Of a stretch of 64,000 bases of DNA, positions 14,501 to 26,000 are shown in pieces. The notes beneath the pieces are model-generated. The model was given only the letters and a program-made list of their open reading frames with translations. It made no database searches and was not told where the DNA came from. The stretch is from Macrostomum hystrix (taxonomy: Eukaryota; Animalia; Platyhelminthes). The DNA is taken from positions 15,190,001 through 15,254,000 of the forward strand of contig CATNEN010000003.1 of the NCBI GenBank assembly GCA_950097015.1, in the 5' to 3' direction. The position numbers were made by a program, and so were the translations under genes. Each line of letters opens with the position of its first letter. Within the stretch, counting starts at the first letter, position 1.

Positions 14501-17500
14501 TCGTCTGTCACCGGCTAAGTAGGAAGGACGACGGCGAAAGTGACAATGATGACAGGACGTTCGATTTGAAGGATGGCGTCAGAAAAGATTTGTCACTCTA
14601 TGACGCCTTCGCCACTGAAGATGAAGAACTACTGGTGACGCTCACGGAATCCAAGGTACTTCACACGAATAATGATTTATCAATTTTACTGAGGCTAAAA
14701 AGCCACTTTTTGCGATAGCGGTATCGACTATTTACATTTTGGAATAATAACAAAAGCTGTAACATTTGAGTCGTAGTTGAAATCGTATATATATCAATGG
14801 AAATAGCCGTTAGCCCAGTTTGGGTCAGATGCATGCACAGTCATCGGCACCGCCGTAGCGATTGCTAGATAAGCTATCTATCTATTTTGCAGGGGGCCCG
14901 GGGCACTTGTCGCACAAGCGACGGAGTGGCACGCCCCCAGACCGGCGAACTAGGCGCTTTTGCGCCCATCGCGCCGCCTCCCCTGAGCAGGCACCACACA
15001 CAGCAGCACAGACCAGCCGGGGAGGGCAGGAGGCACCCAGAATAGGCAGCAGTGTCCCCCACCCCAGCCCCACACGCACATAGCAGACCAAGCCGGGGCG
15101 GAAGGCTGATAAGAAATCAGTCCTCAGGGGGGTGATGAGTGTACACTTATCCAATCGCGCTGACGGAAGTCCAGAAAGCGCGCGGCGGTGTACACCCGCC
15201 CTCCAGCCACCCCCCGCAAGGTCTCACGCCCCAGCGCCAACGCACACAACTCACGCAACGCAGAACAGGCACACAGAAGGTAGGAGCGAAGCTATTATTT
15301 CAAGCTTTGATTGCACGAAATATGGTGCACCTCCGCCGGTCGCTACTGTCCAAACCCCCCAACAAGCCCCGAAAGTAATCGTGACTTGAAGGTTAAATCG
15401 AACTAGCGTCCTTTGGAGTGCGAGGCAGCGACGTTAGCCGCTGACCCACTCGCCCCTTTGATTGCTATTTAAGACCACAGGGCTATTTCAAATACCTACT
15501 TCACGATATTTCCCAAACCAAATGACCAATTTTCGTGAAACTCCACTCAGATGGATCAAAATTTTCAACCCCTTACGATAAACTAACTTTCAAAGCCGTC
15601 CGACTTCAGCATCGTGTGTGTGTGTGTGTGTTAACCTTGGCTCGGCGGGCCAGGGCCAGTACCTGCAAGAAGCCCCAGACGGTCTTGGGCTGGGACCAGA
15701 GATCCCGCGGGACGAGCGAGGTGGGACGAGCCAGGCAGGCGAACAGATGCGTGACCGACTCTTCCTCGCCGTGGCAACGCGGGCAGGTGGCAGGCGACTC
15801 CTGGTCGAGGCGGTGCTTAAAACTGGCCAGGTGAAGGCAGAAACCCGACCGGAGTTGGGCTAGCGTGGCCCGGGCGGAGCGCGGCAACTGCGTCTCGGAG
15901 GCGTCGATCACAGGCGGCGGCGCGCCGAGGACCCGATTAGGTTGCCGGTCCAGCAGGCATTTCTGCACGCAAGCGGTGTGGAGGGCGATGGAAAGCTGGC
16001 GGGTGGTGAGCGGACCGGGGGAAGGACGGAGAAGCGGCTGATGCACGTTGATGAAGTTGGTGGCGCAGGTGGTGAGCGACGAGCGAAGTTGCCGCCGCGG
16101 GGCCGGGACGAGCGACAGATGATGACATGGGTGGCACGGATGGAGCGCTTGCACCCAGAACAGCAGTCAGCATCGTCGAGTTATTCAGCGATTCTTGTGA
16201 ACCTCTATGGCTGGCGAATCCAAATTTGTTCAAAAATTTAAAGTATACGAATTTAATCAATCAAATTATTTATCTATGATAGCCGGGTTTCATGATAAAA
16301 TTTGTGAGCAAAAACATTCATATATTTGCTCTTCTTTGCCACCAGACACTCCGAAGAGACTCTTGGAACATCTCAACGATGCCGATGTATCCCGTGTTCT
16401 GGATTTCGATTGGTTTAATTTCGATTGGTTTAATATTTTTAGAGATACTGAAAAAAATAAAAATACAGAAAAAGACGCTCCAATATTCACAGATGGGTTT
16501 GACCAACGGCCGGCAGCGCAGCATCACCTGCCTGACCGTGTGGAGCCTGACTCAGCGCACCAAGCTTCGCGTTCTGTTCGATCAGGAATTCGCCGACAAA
16601 AGCATGGGTAGCCTAGACGAAATGGATACTTTGTACTTCGCCAGATTGGGCGGCCGGTTCGTTGTGACCGGACACGACGACGGCTACATTCGTGTTTGGC
16701 ACCTAGATCAGTCCAGGCCATTGGGCAGGCTGAAGGCTCACGATCACATGATATCCGATGTGTTTGCTCCGCGCTGCTGGCTAGAGGAGCCCCAAGGGAC
16801 TGAGTCTGCTGGATCTAAGAGTTACACACTGTACTGCGTGTCAGTCTGCGATGATGACGCAGAGATGAGCTTCAAGTACTGGCGGCTGAGCATCAGAGAG
16901 AGCCCGACAACGACCAATGTAGATGGGGCTAGCGCATCTGTTGCAGCTGGAGCATCTAGAGTGTGCGATTTTCTTCACCTGGCCACTTACAAAATGCAGG
17001 AGGCGGTTAGTGATTCTCTTAGCAATTTTTTATCAAGCCTGATACTGATACTCACATGTAAAAACCATCTTAAGATGTTTACTATCAACCATCGATACCA
17101 TCTACTGATCCTCAGACTGTACCATCGATACCATCTACTCATCCTCAGACTGTACCACCGTTACCATCTACTGATCATCAGACTGTACCATCGATACCAT
17201 CTACTGATCCTCAGACTGTACCATTGATACCATCTACTGATCCTCAGACTGTACCATCGATACCATCTACTCATCCTCAGACTGTACCATAGATGCCATC
17301 TACTGATCCTCAGACTGTCCCATCGATACCATCTACTCATCCTCAGACTGTACCATCAGTAACATCTACTGATCCTCAGACTGTACCATCGATACCATCT
17401 ACTCATCATCAGACTGTACCATTGATACCATCTACTGATCCTCAGACTGTACCATCGATACCATCTACTGATCCTCAGACTGTACCATCGATACCATCTA

Positions 17501-19012
17501 CTCATCCTCAGACTGTACCATAGATGCCATCTACTCATCCTCAGACTGTACCATCGATACCATCTACTGATCGTCAGACTGTCCCATCGATACCATCTAC
17601 TCATCCTCAGACTGTACCATCGATACCATCTACTCATCCTCAGACTGTACCACCGATACCATCTACTGATCATCAGACTGTACCATCGATACCATCTACT
17701 GATCCTCAGACTGTACCATCGATACCATCTACTGATCCTCAGACTGTACCACCGATACCATCTACTCATCATCAGACTGTACCATTGATACAATCTACTG
17801 ATCCTCAGACTGTACCATCGATACCATCTACTCATCCTCAGACTGTACCACCGATACCATCTACTGATCATCAGACTGTACCATCGATACCATCTACTGA
17901 TCCTCAGACTGTACCATCGATACCATCTACTGATCCTCAGACTGTACCACCGATACCATCTACTCATCATCAGACTGTACCATTGATACCATCTACTCAT
18001 CCTCAGACTGCACCATCGGTAACATCTACTGATCCTCAGACTGTACCATCGATACCATCTACTCATCATCAGACTGTACCATTGATACCATCTACTGATC
18101 CTCAGACTGTACCATCGATACTATCTACTGATCCTCAGACTGTACCATCGATACCATCTACTCATCCTCAGACTGTACCATAGATGCCATCTACTGATCC
18201 TCAGACTGTCCCATCGATACCATCTACTCATCCTCAGACTGTACCATCGATACCATCTACTGATCCTCAGACTGTACCATCGATACCATCTACTCATCCT
18301 CAGACTGTACCATCGGTAACATCTACTGATCCTCAGACTGTACCATCGATACCATCTACTCATCATCAGACTGTACCATTGATACCATCTACTGATCCTC
18401 AGACTGTACCATCGATACCATCTACTGATCCTCAGACTGTACCATCGATACCATCTACTCATCCTCAGACTGTACCATAGATGCCATCTACTGATCGTCA
18501 GACTGTCCCATCGATACCATCTACTCATCCTCAGACTGTACCATCGATACCATCTACTCATCCTCAGACTGTACCATAGATGCCATCTACTGATCCTCAG
18601 ACTGTACCATAGATGCCACTTACTGATCTGATACTGATCCATCAATTCCATTATTTATTATCGCTTTCAGTACAAGCGGTTCGTGACACTCCACAATGGC
18701 ACACGAGTGCTGATGCTGACAGCAGTTCGTGACACTCCACAGCAGTTGGTGCTGATGAACCCGGGTGTTAGAAAGGCCATCTGGGGTCGAGCCGATGGAT
18801 CGGAGAGATATAAATCGATGCCAACTCCCGGTAAGAAAGCTTTCGAAGTAATTTTCTTGTTCAGTAAAGTATTAATTGACTAAACAATAGACTCCGAACC
18901 AATTGCAGTGCCGTTGAATCTGTTCAACGATGAAAACTTTCCCTCGGATCCCAATGATCCGGACCAGGAGGCTGACAGGCCAGAAAGTGACGACGAGGAT
19001 GACGAAGAATGA
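2597..19012 (+). CDS. NACHT and WD40-repeat protein with N-terminal DUF4062-like domain (NWD1/NWD2-like STAND NTPase), ~25 exons
   Basis: Phase-consistent GT-AG exons: 2597(start tentative)-2664, 3289-3431, 3524-3726, 4870-4982, 5127-5235, 5316-5421, 5508-5636, 5767-5898, 6148-6641, 7209-7424, 7742-7988, 9126-9377, 9608-9754, 10010-10648, 11151-11304, 11380-11666, 12270-12570, 12718-12737, 13141-13456, 13744-13882, 14027-14201, 14321-14655, 16493-17005, 18671-18830, 18891-19012. Motifs: VIRIFTSSTFTDT..ERN..VYP..GLEFQVVDMRWGV (DUF4062-like), Walker A GVSGCGKTS, LRFLGTT, Walker B VVLDSIDQL, GLSENELEDILALDDDVL, RWYHRQF, WD-like VVTGHDDGYIRVWHL. Acidic tail; AATAAA at ~19151. Confidence 0.9.
6736..7085 (-). 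mobile_element. tRNA-derived SINE (family S1)
   Basis: Minus-strand head GGGGGCAGTGGCAAGGCGG...GAGCTCGACTCC (A/B boxes); TSD AAGCTTACA at 6727-6735 and 7086-7094. Homologous to 8221-8592, ~11715-11900, ~24935-25062 and ~28340-28570. Confidence 0.8.
8221..8592 (-). mobile_element. tRNA-derived SINE (family S1) with (TTA)n tail
   Basis: Same head and body as 6736-7085; tail TAATAATAATAAT on the plus strand; flanking GGGGAATYC direct repeat at 8211 and 8593. Confidence 0.8.
10798..11037. repeat. Intronic minisatellite, 23-bp unit ATTTGTGTCTCTCAAGGTCGTGC (~10 copies)
   Basis: Direct tandem repeat inside NWD intron 10649-11150. Confidence 0.95.
12760..13112. repeat. Intronic C-rich 15-bp repeat (CCCATCCCTATTCAC-like)
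   Basis: Tandem repeat nearly devoid of G, running up to the acceptor at 13140. Confidence 0.95.
14868..15459 (-). mobile_element. Long (~590 bp) tRNA-derived SINE (family S2) with (ATAG)n tail
   Basis: Minus-strand head GGGGCGAGTGGGTCAGCGG...CTCGCAC...AGTTCGATT; tail AATAGATAGATAG; TSD GATTGCTA at 14860-14867 and 15460-15467. Confidence 0.7.
15616..16166 (-). mobile_element. 5'-truncated non-LTR retrotransposon (I-group-like ORF2 C-terminus) with (AC)n tail
   Basis: ORF 15606..16154 contains RATLAQLRSG...CPRC...ESVTHLFAC (CCHC knuckle) and LWSQP..VWGFL. (CA)n tail; 10-bp TSD TCAGCATCGT at 15606-15615 and 16167-16176. Confidence 0.88.
17088..18625. repeat. Intronic minisatellite, 33-bp unit CATCGATACCATCTACTGATCCTCAGACTGTAC (~46 copies)
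   Basis: Fills NWD intron 17006-18670; variant units recur in higher-order blocks. Confidence 0.97.
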
Positions 19013-19320
19013 ATTGGCGCCTTCTCCGTTTCGCCTAAAAATTTATTTATTAACATTTTTACTGCTGTAAGGGACGATCTCAGAGACATTTTCATTTCTA
19101 AAGAGATATTATATGCCCCTAGGTTTTCTGTGTTTTTTATTTATTATTCTAATAAAATGACATTCTAATTTTATTGATTTTTGGCAGCTTGCCAGAATCG
19201 CAGCGTTATAATTAAACAAATATGCATCATCTTCTTTTTAAAAGTTTATTTAACTAAAGATAGTTGTTTGTGTTTAATTTTATTTGTTGCATTTATTTTA
19301 CTATCAATGAAATAAATACA

Positions 19321-19929
19321 GAGCAGCATCTGGAAGGTTACTCACGAACCCAGTCAAGGCCAAGGCGGTGCAGTCCGCAGGTAAGCGCATGGCCACCGTG
19401 TTCTGGGACAGAGAAGGCATCTTGCTGATCGAGTGGCTACCTGAAGGCAGAACCATCAATGCCCAGTACTACTGTGAAATATTGGAACGGCTGCGTGAGA
19501 AGATCAAGAGTGAGCGCCAGGGAAGGATCACCAGGGGCATTGTGCTGCAGCAGGACAACGCCAGGCCGCATACCTGCAATGCAACTATGGATGTCATCAG
19601 GAGACTAGGCTTCGAGTTGCTGCCTCACCCTGCCTATTCTCCTGACCTGGCCCCCAGTGACTACTGGTTGTTCCCTAAAATGAAAGAGCCTCTTCGTGGC
19701 CATCGCTATGGAAGCCTTTCTGCACTCAGCTCGGCCATCAGCCAGTGGGTACGAGGGACCCCCACGGAATTCTTCGCCCAGGGCATCAGCAAGCTGCCAG
19801 AGAGATGGCACAAATGTGTGCAGCTTGGGGGTGACTATGTTGAGAAGTGCAATATTGACAATTAGCTGTTCTTTGTTTTGTTTCTTTGATATCTGCAGTT
19901 GTCAGCGAATTTATGACACAACCCTCGTA
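19321..19929 (+). pseudogene. 5'-truncated mariner (DD34D) transposon
   Basis: WDREGILL...QDNARPH-(34 aa)-YSPDLAPSDYWLF. Right TIR ends ...TTTATGACACAACCCTCG followed by TA. HTH domain, first catalytic D and left TIR are absent. Confidence 0.93.
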
Positions 19930-20568
19930 TTTATTGCAAGCTTCCAGCAAGTCGATATTTTTTAACTACGAATGTAAGTCATTGAGTTAGTTAATCTACG
20001 AAAAATTATAACACGTAATTTCTACCGTGTTCGTCGGCCTAGATGTACTAATAGGACTGAATAGTACTCGAAAAGTACGTACTAGCAACTTCAGGTGCCA
20101 TAATGAAGTTATGACGACATACTAGCTGCGAGTTTAAACTGAATGAGTGTACGTGGACACGAGCAAGTTCCCTTTCGTTATAACCATCAATTTGAGCTTT
20201 GCGTGCAAAAATACTAATTCTATTAACGAGCGCTTCACAGAGTTCACACTGAGAAACTACGGGGCGGTGGGGCAATTAATCCATTCTATAGTTAGAACTG
20301 ACTGGCTAGCACCGTTTCATTATTCTGCTCATTTTTACCTGGTTGACAAATACAAAAGCCTTTTGACTGGATAGGAAATATTAACATAATAGGATTACTC
20401 CAAGCATTGTGATGGATAGCTATAATCGATAGAAACCTTGCTAATGCATCAAAAGCAAACCAGAATGCATCGGCTCTTGACAAAATGCATAAAAGTCAGC
20501 GAGCCATACAGAGCAAAAAGCGAGTCGTGTTAATAGCTGCAATAACAGACCCAGACAAGTGAATCGTG

Positions 20569-21778
20569 ATGAAGCCTATTGTCGGTCAAGGAAGTGAGCT
20601 CTCGGTCATGCTTCTTTTACTGCTGTGCCACCACAGCTTGACTGCAGCAGCTTCTGCCACCAAGCTGCTGTCATTCGAGAGCTGCAGGCAGTGCCCCACT
20701 GCAGCCGCCTCTCTGCTGGCTCAGAGGCTGGCCAGCAAGCTTCAGTGCGCTGCTGTCTGCAGCCGACTGAAAACCTGCAACGCATTCCACTTCGACCAGC
20801 GCAACAACAAGTGCTACCTAGGAGACGCGTGTTCCGAGCTCGCTCAGTGGACTGCCGGCGACTGCGGCTCTTACAAGTACACCGATGTGCTGTGCGGATA
20901 CTGCGGTGAGTTGCACAGCTGAGCTGTCACTCTGGCTGCATGCCAAACCCATCAGTGCATTGGAGTCACTCAGTCACCAAGCTGAGCATTCACGCACGCA
21001 TTTCAGATGTGGCCAAGCCCGTGTTCAGCCAGCTGCAGATGAAGATGTTCTACAAGTTCTCTCGGAGCGGTCTGGTCAATGAGGTCAACCCGAGACTGTT
21101 CTGCCTCGCGGCTCACAATGTGACCATAGATGGGAATGGAGCTCAGTTTAAAGGCTACGTGGGCTCATACCTGCGCACTGAGACTCCCGGCTTTGCTAAG
21201 CACCTCGCGTATGGCAGCCAATTCTCCACCTTCGTCAGTGCGAGCCACAATTTCGGCACTAGGTGAGGCATCATAGGCATCATAAAGTTCTGCTGGCTTT
21301 TAGCTCGTAGAATTCAAACTACAAAATTTAAAGGCGTCTCCTTCATATTTGCAGCCGACAATACTACCACAACTTTGTTGCCTGCGGTTCTGGAACTCCT
21401 GGCCATCAGTTCTTCAAGTTTAACACAATGATTTACAACACAGCAGTCTTCAAGCAAGGAGCAACTGCGTTTTCGCTCATGTTGTCATCGCCCTCTGTGC
21501 TGCCATCAAGCGGTCGTCTGACGAACTCCTTGGGATTCTCCTTCAACGGAACAGCGAACCAGCACTTCTTCTCCAATGGCTCGATGGTTTCGGCTGGTTC
21601 GAGTCAAAACGGTGCTACATATGACACTAGTTTCTTTGACTGCCTGCACCTTGGCCAAGCTTTTCCAAGAATCGATGCCAACTGCCTGGAAGGCCGCATG
21701 TTCTGCTACTCAATCAGCACCAAAGTGCTCAACCAGACCGAGTTTGAGCAGATCCAGCAGCTCTGTGATGAAATCTGA
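20569..21778 (+). CDS. Secreted PAN/Apple-domain protein with beta-rich (LamG/ConA-like?) C-terminal domain, 3 exons
   Basis: Exons 20569-20905, 21007-21262 and 21355-21778 join in frame. Hydrophobic signal peptide; SKLQCAAVCSRLKTCNAFHFDQRNNKCYLG is a PAN/Apple cysteine pattern; C-terminal LHLGQ...LEGRMFCYSISTKVLNQTEF resembles a LamG end (inference). Confidence 0.75.
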
Positions 21779-22233
21779 CACGAAACTTGCAGTGACTGTT
21801 TATCGAACAAAAATTAACATTAACCTGTACAAATTGATGGCGCGCGCTACTACAGCAATAACATGTGGCACAACCAACTTGCTGCAGCGGGTCGTTTGTA
21901 TCTTTCTACTTGTTTAGTTTTCATTCTTCGCTGATAACAATCTGTAATATAATGACTTTACAGTCACTGTAAATGTCTGCACTGTTTGAATAATCACATC
22001 CTCGGATTTTTCTAAGGATCCTAATGGATTGGAAAATATTTTCGACGTATGATTACGAAACTAGTCAATGTCAATTAAATAACAATGAGAGAAATTTGCG
22101 TATAGTACTGCAAAAACAAAATTGTTTTTTTCCTCAGTTTTAGTTTGAATAATAAAAAAAATTTCTTTGTAAAAATTGTAGAATCGTTAAAAATCTTAAA
22201 TAACTACCGGTCTGATTGGCATTTTATTTTTTG

Positions 22234-22768
22234 TGCTGCACCCGAACGGAGCAACGCAAGCACACGAAACTCAAGAACACGGACCTAATTTTTGTTGCGC
22301 ATCTTCTGAAACAAGAATCAAGTCGCCAGCTCTTCAGACCGTCGGGATATTCAATTGTTCTGGCCGAAGGTCAGATTTTTCCCAAAAGCGCTAGTGTATT
22401 TCATACACCCCTACACACCAATTAGCACTGCGCCTCAGTGCGGCCTTGGCAGGCCTTCAAAATTTATCATCATGTCACCCGAATGTACCTGCATCATCTC
22501 CGTCTTCGGTGGACACCTACCTTTATCTAGACGGACTGCTGGGCCTTCAAGGGCTACAACAGGCCACTATGGACACCCTGACGCGAATTTCTCCAGTTTA
22601 ACTGCTTAAGCCTAAATATTAGGCGCACCTCAACCACAGTACACCATCGCCTAGTCTGTCAACCAATCAGTCACCACCCAACGCTGTTAGCATTCGGGCG
22701 CTGCCAAATATTTTTTATAAAAGTAAAGTAAAATACGGGCGGCAAAATGGCTTGGTAGTCCTACTGTT
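22234..22768. mobile_element. Dispersed repeat family B (~535 bp), copy 1
   Basis: Near-identical direct copy at 47193-47735. Both start after a T-run (TGCTGCACCCGAACG) and end GGTAGTCCTACTGTT. Confidence 0.85.
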
Positions 22769-23093
22769 AAGAAGTGGATAAAAAAGCGGTTTTTAATGTT
22801 GCTAGTTGTTTAAAGGCATTTGTTTTCAGTTCGACGTTGCTGCTATTCCGTAACAATAGGTGTTTGTGTGCTATTTGAAAAAATTGAAATAAACAAAGTC
22901 AAATAGCAAGATAAAAATGAAGCAAAAATACTTGTAAAACATTTGTCTCGAGTTTGAAGTTTTTAATAGTCTGTATTGGGTGCATTCATCAGTGAAGTCG
23001 AAATATGACACATTGGACTTAATCAGAACGAGTAGCAAGGGAGAATTGCACGCGGTGTTTTTGGTTCACTTTCGCCCTGAAAAGTGAGTCTTT

Positions 23094-26000
23094 TTACAGT
23101 GCAAAGAGTCGCTGAAACCAGGATCTATTATACTTGATGACCTCAACTTCGTTCTGGTCCTGTGAAGCAGCTCGTCCATCGGCGTGGGCAGAATGCACCG
23201 CTTGCTTCGGTGGAAGAGCGGAATGCAATTGGTAGCTCGCCGGTGTGGCGCAGTTGACCGGGTTTGAGTAGATGTCCCTTGGCGGCTCATAGTGGCTACC
23301 AACAATGTCTGGTTCGGTGTCTGTCTTGCGCGAGTTGAGCGTGCTAATCATACTCGAACACGGATGAATTCTGTTGTTACTGTTTTTGTTGTTGTTTGTC
23401 TTTTCCCGAGGTCGGTTGAGTCCCAGCCATTTAATTGCACTAAAGTAGGCAATCTGCACCATCAGTTCCAGAACTTCAATCAGGGTGATGATGGACACAC
23501 CGACCCAGAGTCCTGCGGAGAACAGAAAGGCGAGTACTCTCTTACGGGCGTTGCTTTACAAAAGTGGAAAATTAGATTTCATCACGAAGAAAGCGCCACA
23601 TTTGCTCACCGAAAATGCCTCCTAAATCTGAGAACAGATTCCTGAGCGGATAGGCCCATTCCTCCCTTGACACGGTCGCCCTAATCGATCTCGGATAAAG
23701 GTCGATCACTGTGAATTGGTGCTCGCTCAGTCTCTGCGGCAGCTCGTCGTACACTCGTTGAAGTTTAACGACTGTTAAATTGTCTTCTCTAGCTAGCTGC
23801 ATCAGGCGACCAAGATAAGCTTTGAGCACTTTTTCATTAGTGTCCCAGTTGGAGTTAATGGAGGGCCAGGCTGCGAGAGTGGTGACAACATTGTGACTGG
23901 CGGTGACACAACGGCTCCTACAGTCCGTGGCTAGACCGCAGGTGCTTTGTCTAGTGCGGACTTGGTTATAACATAAGAAACGACTGCGCACCGTCGAATA
24001 GATTTGAATGTGCTCGGCCAGGTACTCAGTCAGTGGGTAGTACGCCCAGCTCAGATTGGTGATCGTATAACGCACACCAGTGACGTTGTCTTTCTCGTAG
24101 AAAACATCCCGGAAGAAGAACTGCAGAAAGCGGGTCAGAAGCTGAGAAGCACCTTAACACAGAGTGCAACAAACTTGGCTTACCTCCTCTGGCAGCTGAT
24201 GACACGGCGGCCAGACCTCCAGCATGTCAGCCGGCAGTGCCAGGTGCGTGGCCAAGCAGCCGCACCTGTTTGCAAACTCCCGCTGCTTGGCGCGGATGAT
24301 GCAGTCCTGCAGGGTGCCAAAGAAGGTAGCATTCTCGAAATCGCCAGGTCTTGAGTAGTCCCAGGTGTAAGTGGCATTAGGCAGATCCTCGGAGCAGGGC
24401 GATGGCACCCGATTGATGTTGTTGTCAACGCCCGACAGCAGCTGAGCGGAGGTCTTGTAGCCCAGCGGAGCGTTGAACGAGTGACTAAAATCCGGCTTCT
24501 CGCCTGAAATATTTGGGGGGAGAATAGTTTCTAAAGAATGCTCAAGATAATTCATTCAGTGCTCATCCAATAGTATTTGGACAAACTGAATCCACCTGGT
24601 TCATGCAGGACCACTTTGAAGCCATTCATTGAGTCCAGCAGTTGTTCATTGGTGAGAAATGCGGTTGCGTTGCTATGCAGTAGCAGGTAGAGTCCGTTTC
24701 CCTCACCTGGTTGAACCACGGTGCGGTTCATTGGACTAAATGTCAGGCAGAGGAACCTTTCGTGGTGTGGCAAAAGTAGCAGAAAGAAAATTGTGGTGAG
24801 TTGGCGAGCGAAAAAGAATAATAACTGCATAATAGCGCGATTATAGTGCGATATACATTATGGGCTCGTTCTATATTAAGCTTGTGCCAATGACTATGAA
24901 CTACTACTACTTAACCACTACTACTAAGCTACAACTAGAGGTGAATGATAGAGCGCTCTAAAGCGTTTGCCTCTCGCACCAAAAGGTCCCTGAGCTCGAT
25001 TCGGTGCCGAAGTCACATTAATTTGGGGTGCAGCCGCGGAGAGAAAGCTTGGGCCTTGTTGTGCGGTTGGAGAGGATTTTAGCCTAGTGATTAGAACGTC
25101 CGAATCACGACCTGAAGGTCGGGGGTTCGATTCTCCATTCCACTGGACCAATTTGTGTCCTTTGGAAAGGTACTTAAATCTGCTCATGCTGGTACCGGCT
25201 GAGGTAATGGTGGGTGTGGCATTCCCCCAGTCCATGGACTAAACAGCTGTATGCAGCCTTCAGATGCGCCGTGCAATAGCTGCGGCGTAAATTGCACGAC
25301 AAGCCCCCAAAGCCTTCGCTCCGCGGCTCCGCCACAAGGTTCCTTTGTACTCGCCTCAGATTTGAGTTCCGAGCTAGACTGATTACGCTCGTAAGTACAA
25401 AAAGTTTTTTGCTAGCTCTGTTAACTGAGAGTTCCCAGTTCATTTTGTTTGTTTATTTAAATTTGGTAAAAAATAATTTAATTAACTGAATTTTTCAGAT
25501 CAAAGAACCTGAAAAACGATTAATCACAGTACATATGAGTCGTAGCATAGCTATTAAATCAAAATGAGCAAAATCTACGGGACAGTAGATTAGCACGTGG
25601 TCCAATTAGCACTATTTAAATTTTCGTTTAGCAATTGTTATCTGTAATGTTCTTTTTCTGCGCTCTCAAGGTATTTTTGCCAGCTCAGGCAGTGAGCAGC
25701 CGAGATTTCCCGGAAAGTTGACCCGAAGCTGCGGACTGCAGCAGCCGCAACACCTGCAGCACTTCGTCCTGACCGACGCGAGCCGGCAGTCGACGGACGC
25801 GAATGTCTCCTTCGCCGTCGTCGTCCTGACTCACCAGCAGCTGCAGCCGGTCGGCGAGGCGAGCCTCGAGTCGCACGGTGGCGGACGCTACGTCGAACCA
25901 GTTGGAGCGCCTGACCAGAGCGAGCTGGATGAAGCGGATCGCGCTCGGGTCGTCCTCGCTGTTGAACAGGACGCTGAGTCGCTTCTCAACGCCTTCGGTG

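Noticed and set aside
15105-15200. Hammerhead ribozyme (CTGA...GAAA with hairpins)
   Set aside because: The core is not CTGANGA with a closable stem II and cleavage triplet; these look like ordinary SINE-internal hairpins.
17293-18651. Mucin-like (PSTDPQTV)n and (RWYRWYSL)n ORFs
   Set aside because: Translations of the 33-bp intronic array, broken by stops; the flanking exons join in frame without them.
25075-25145. tRNA gene (also the heads near 7085, 8590, 15455 and 27530)
   Set aside because: A/B boxes are present but the acceptor stems do not pair, and each continues into a shared SINE body, several with tails and TSDs.
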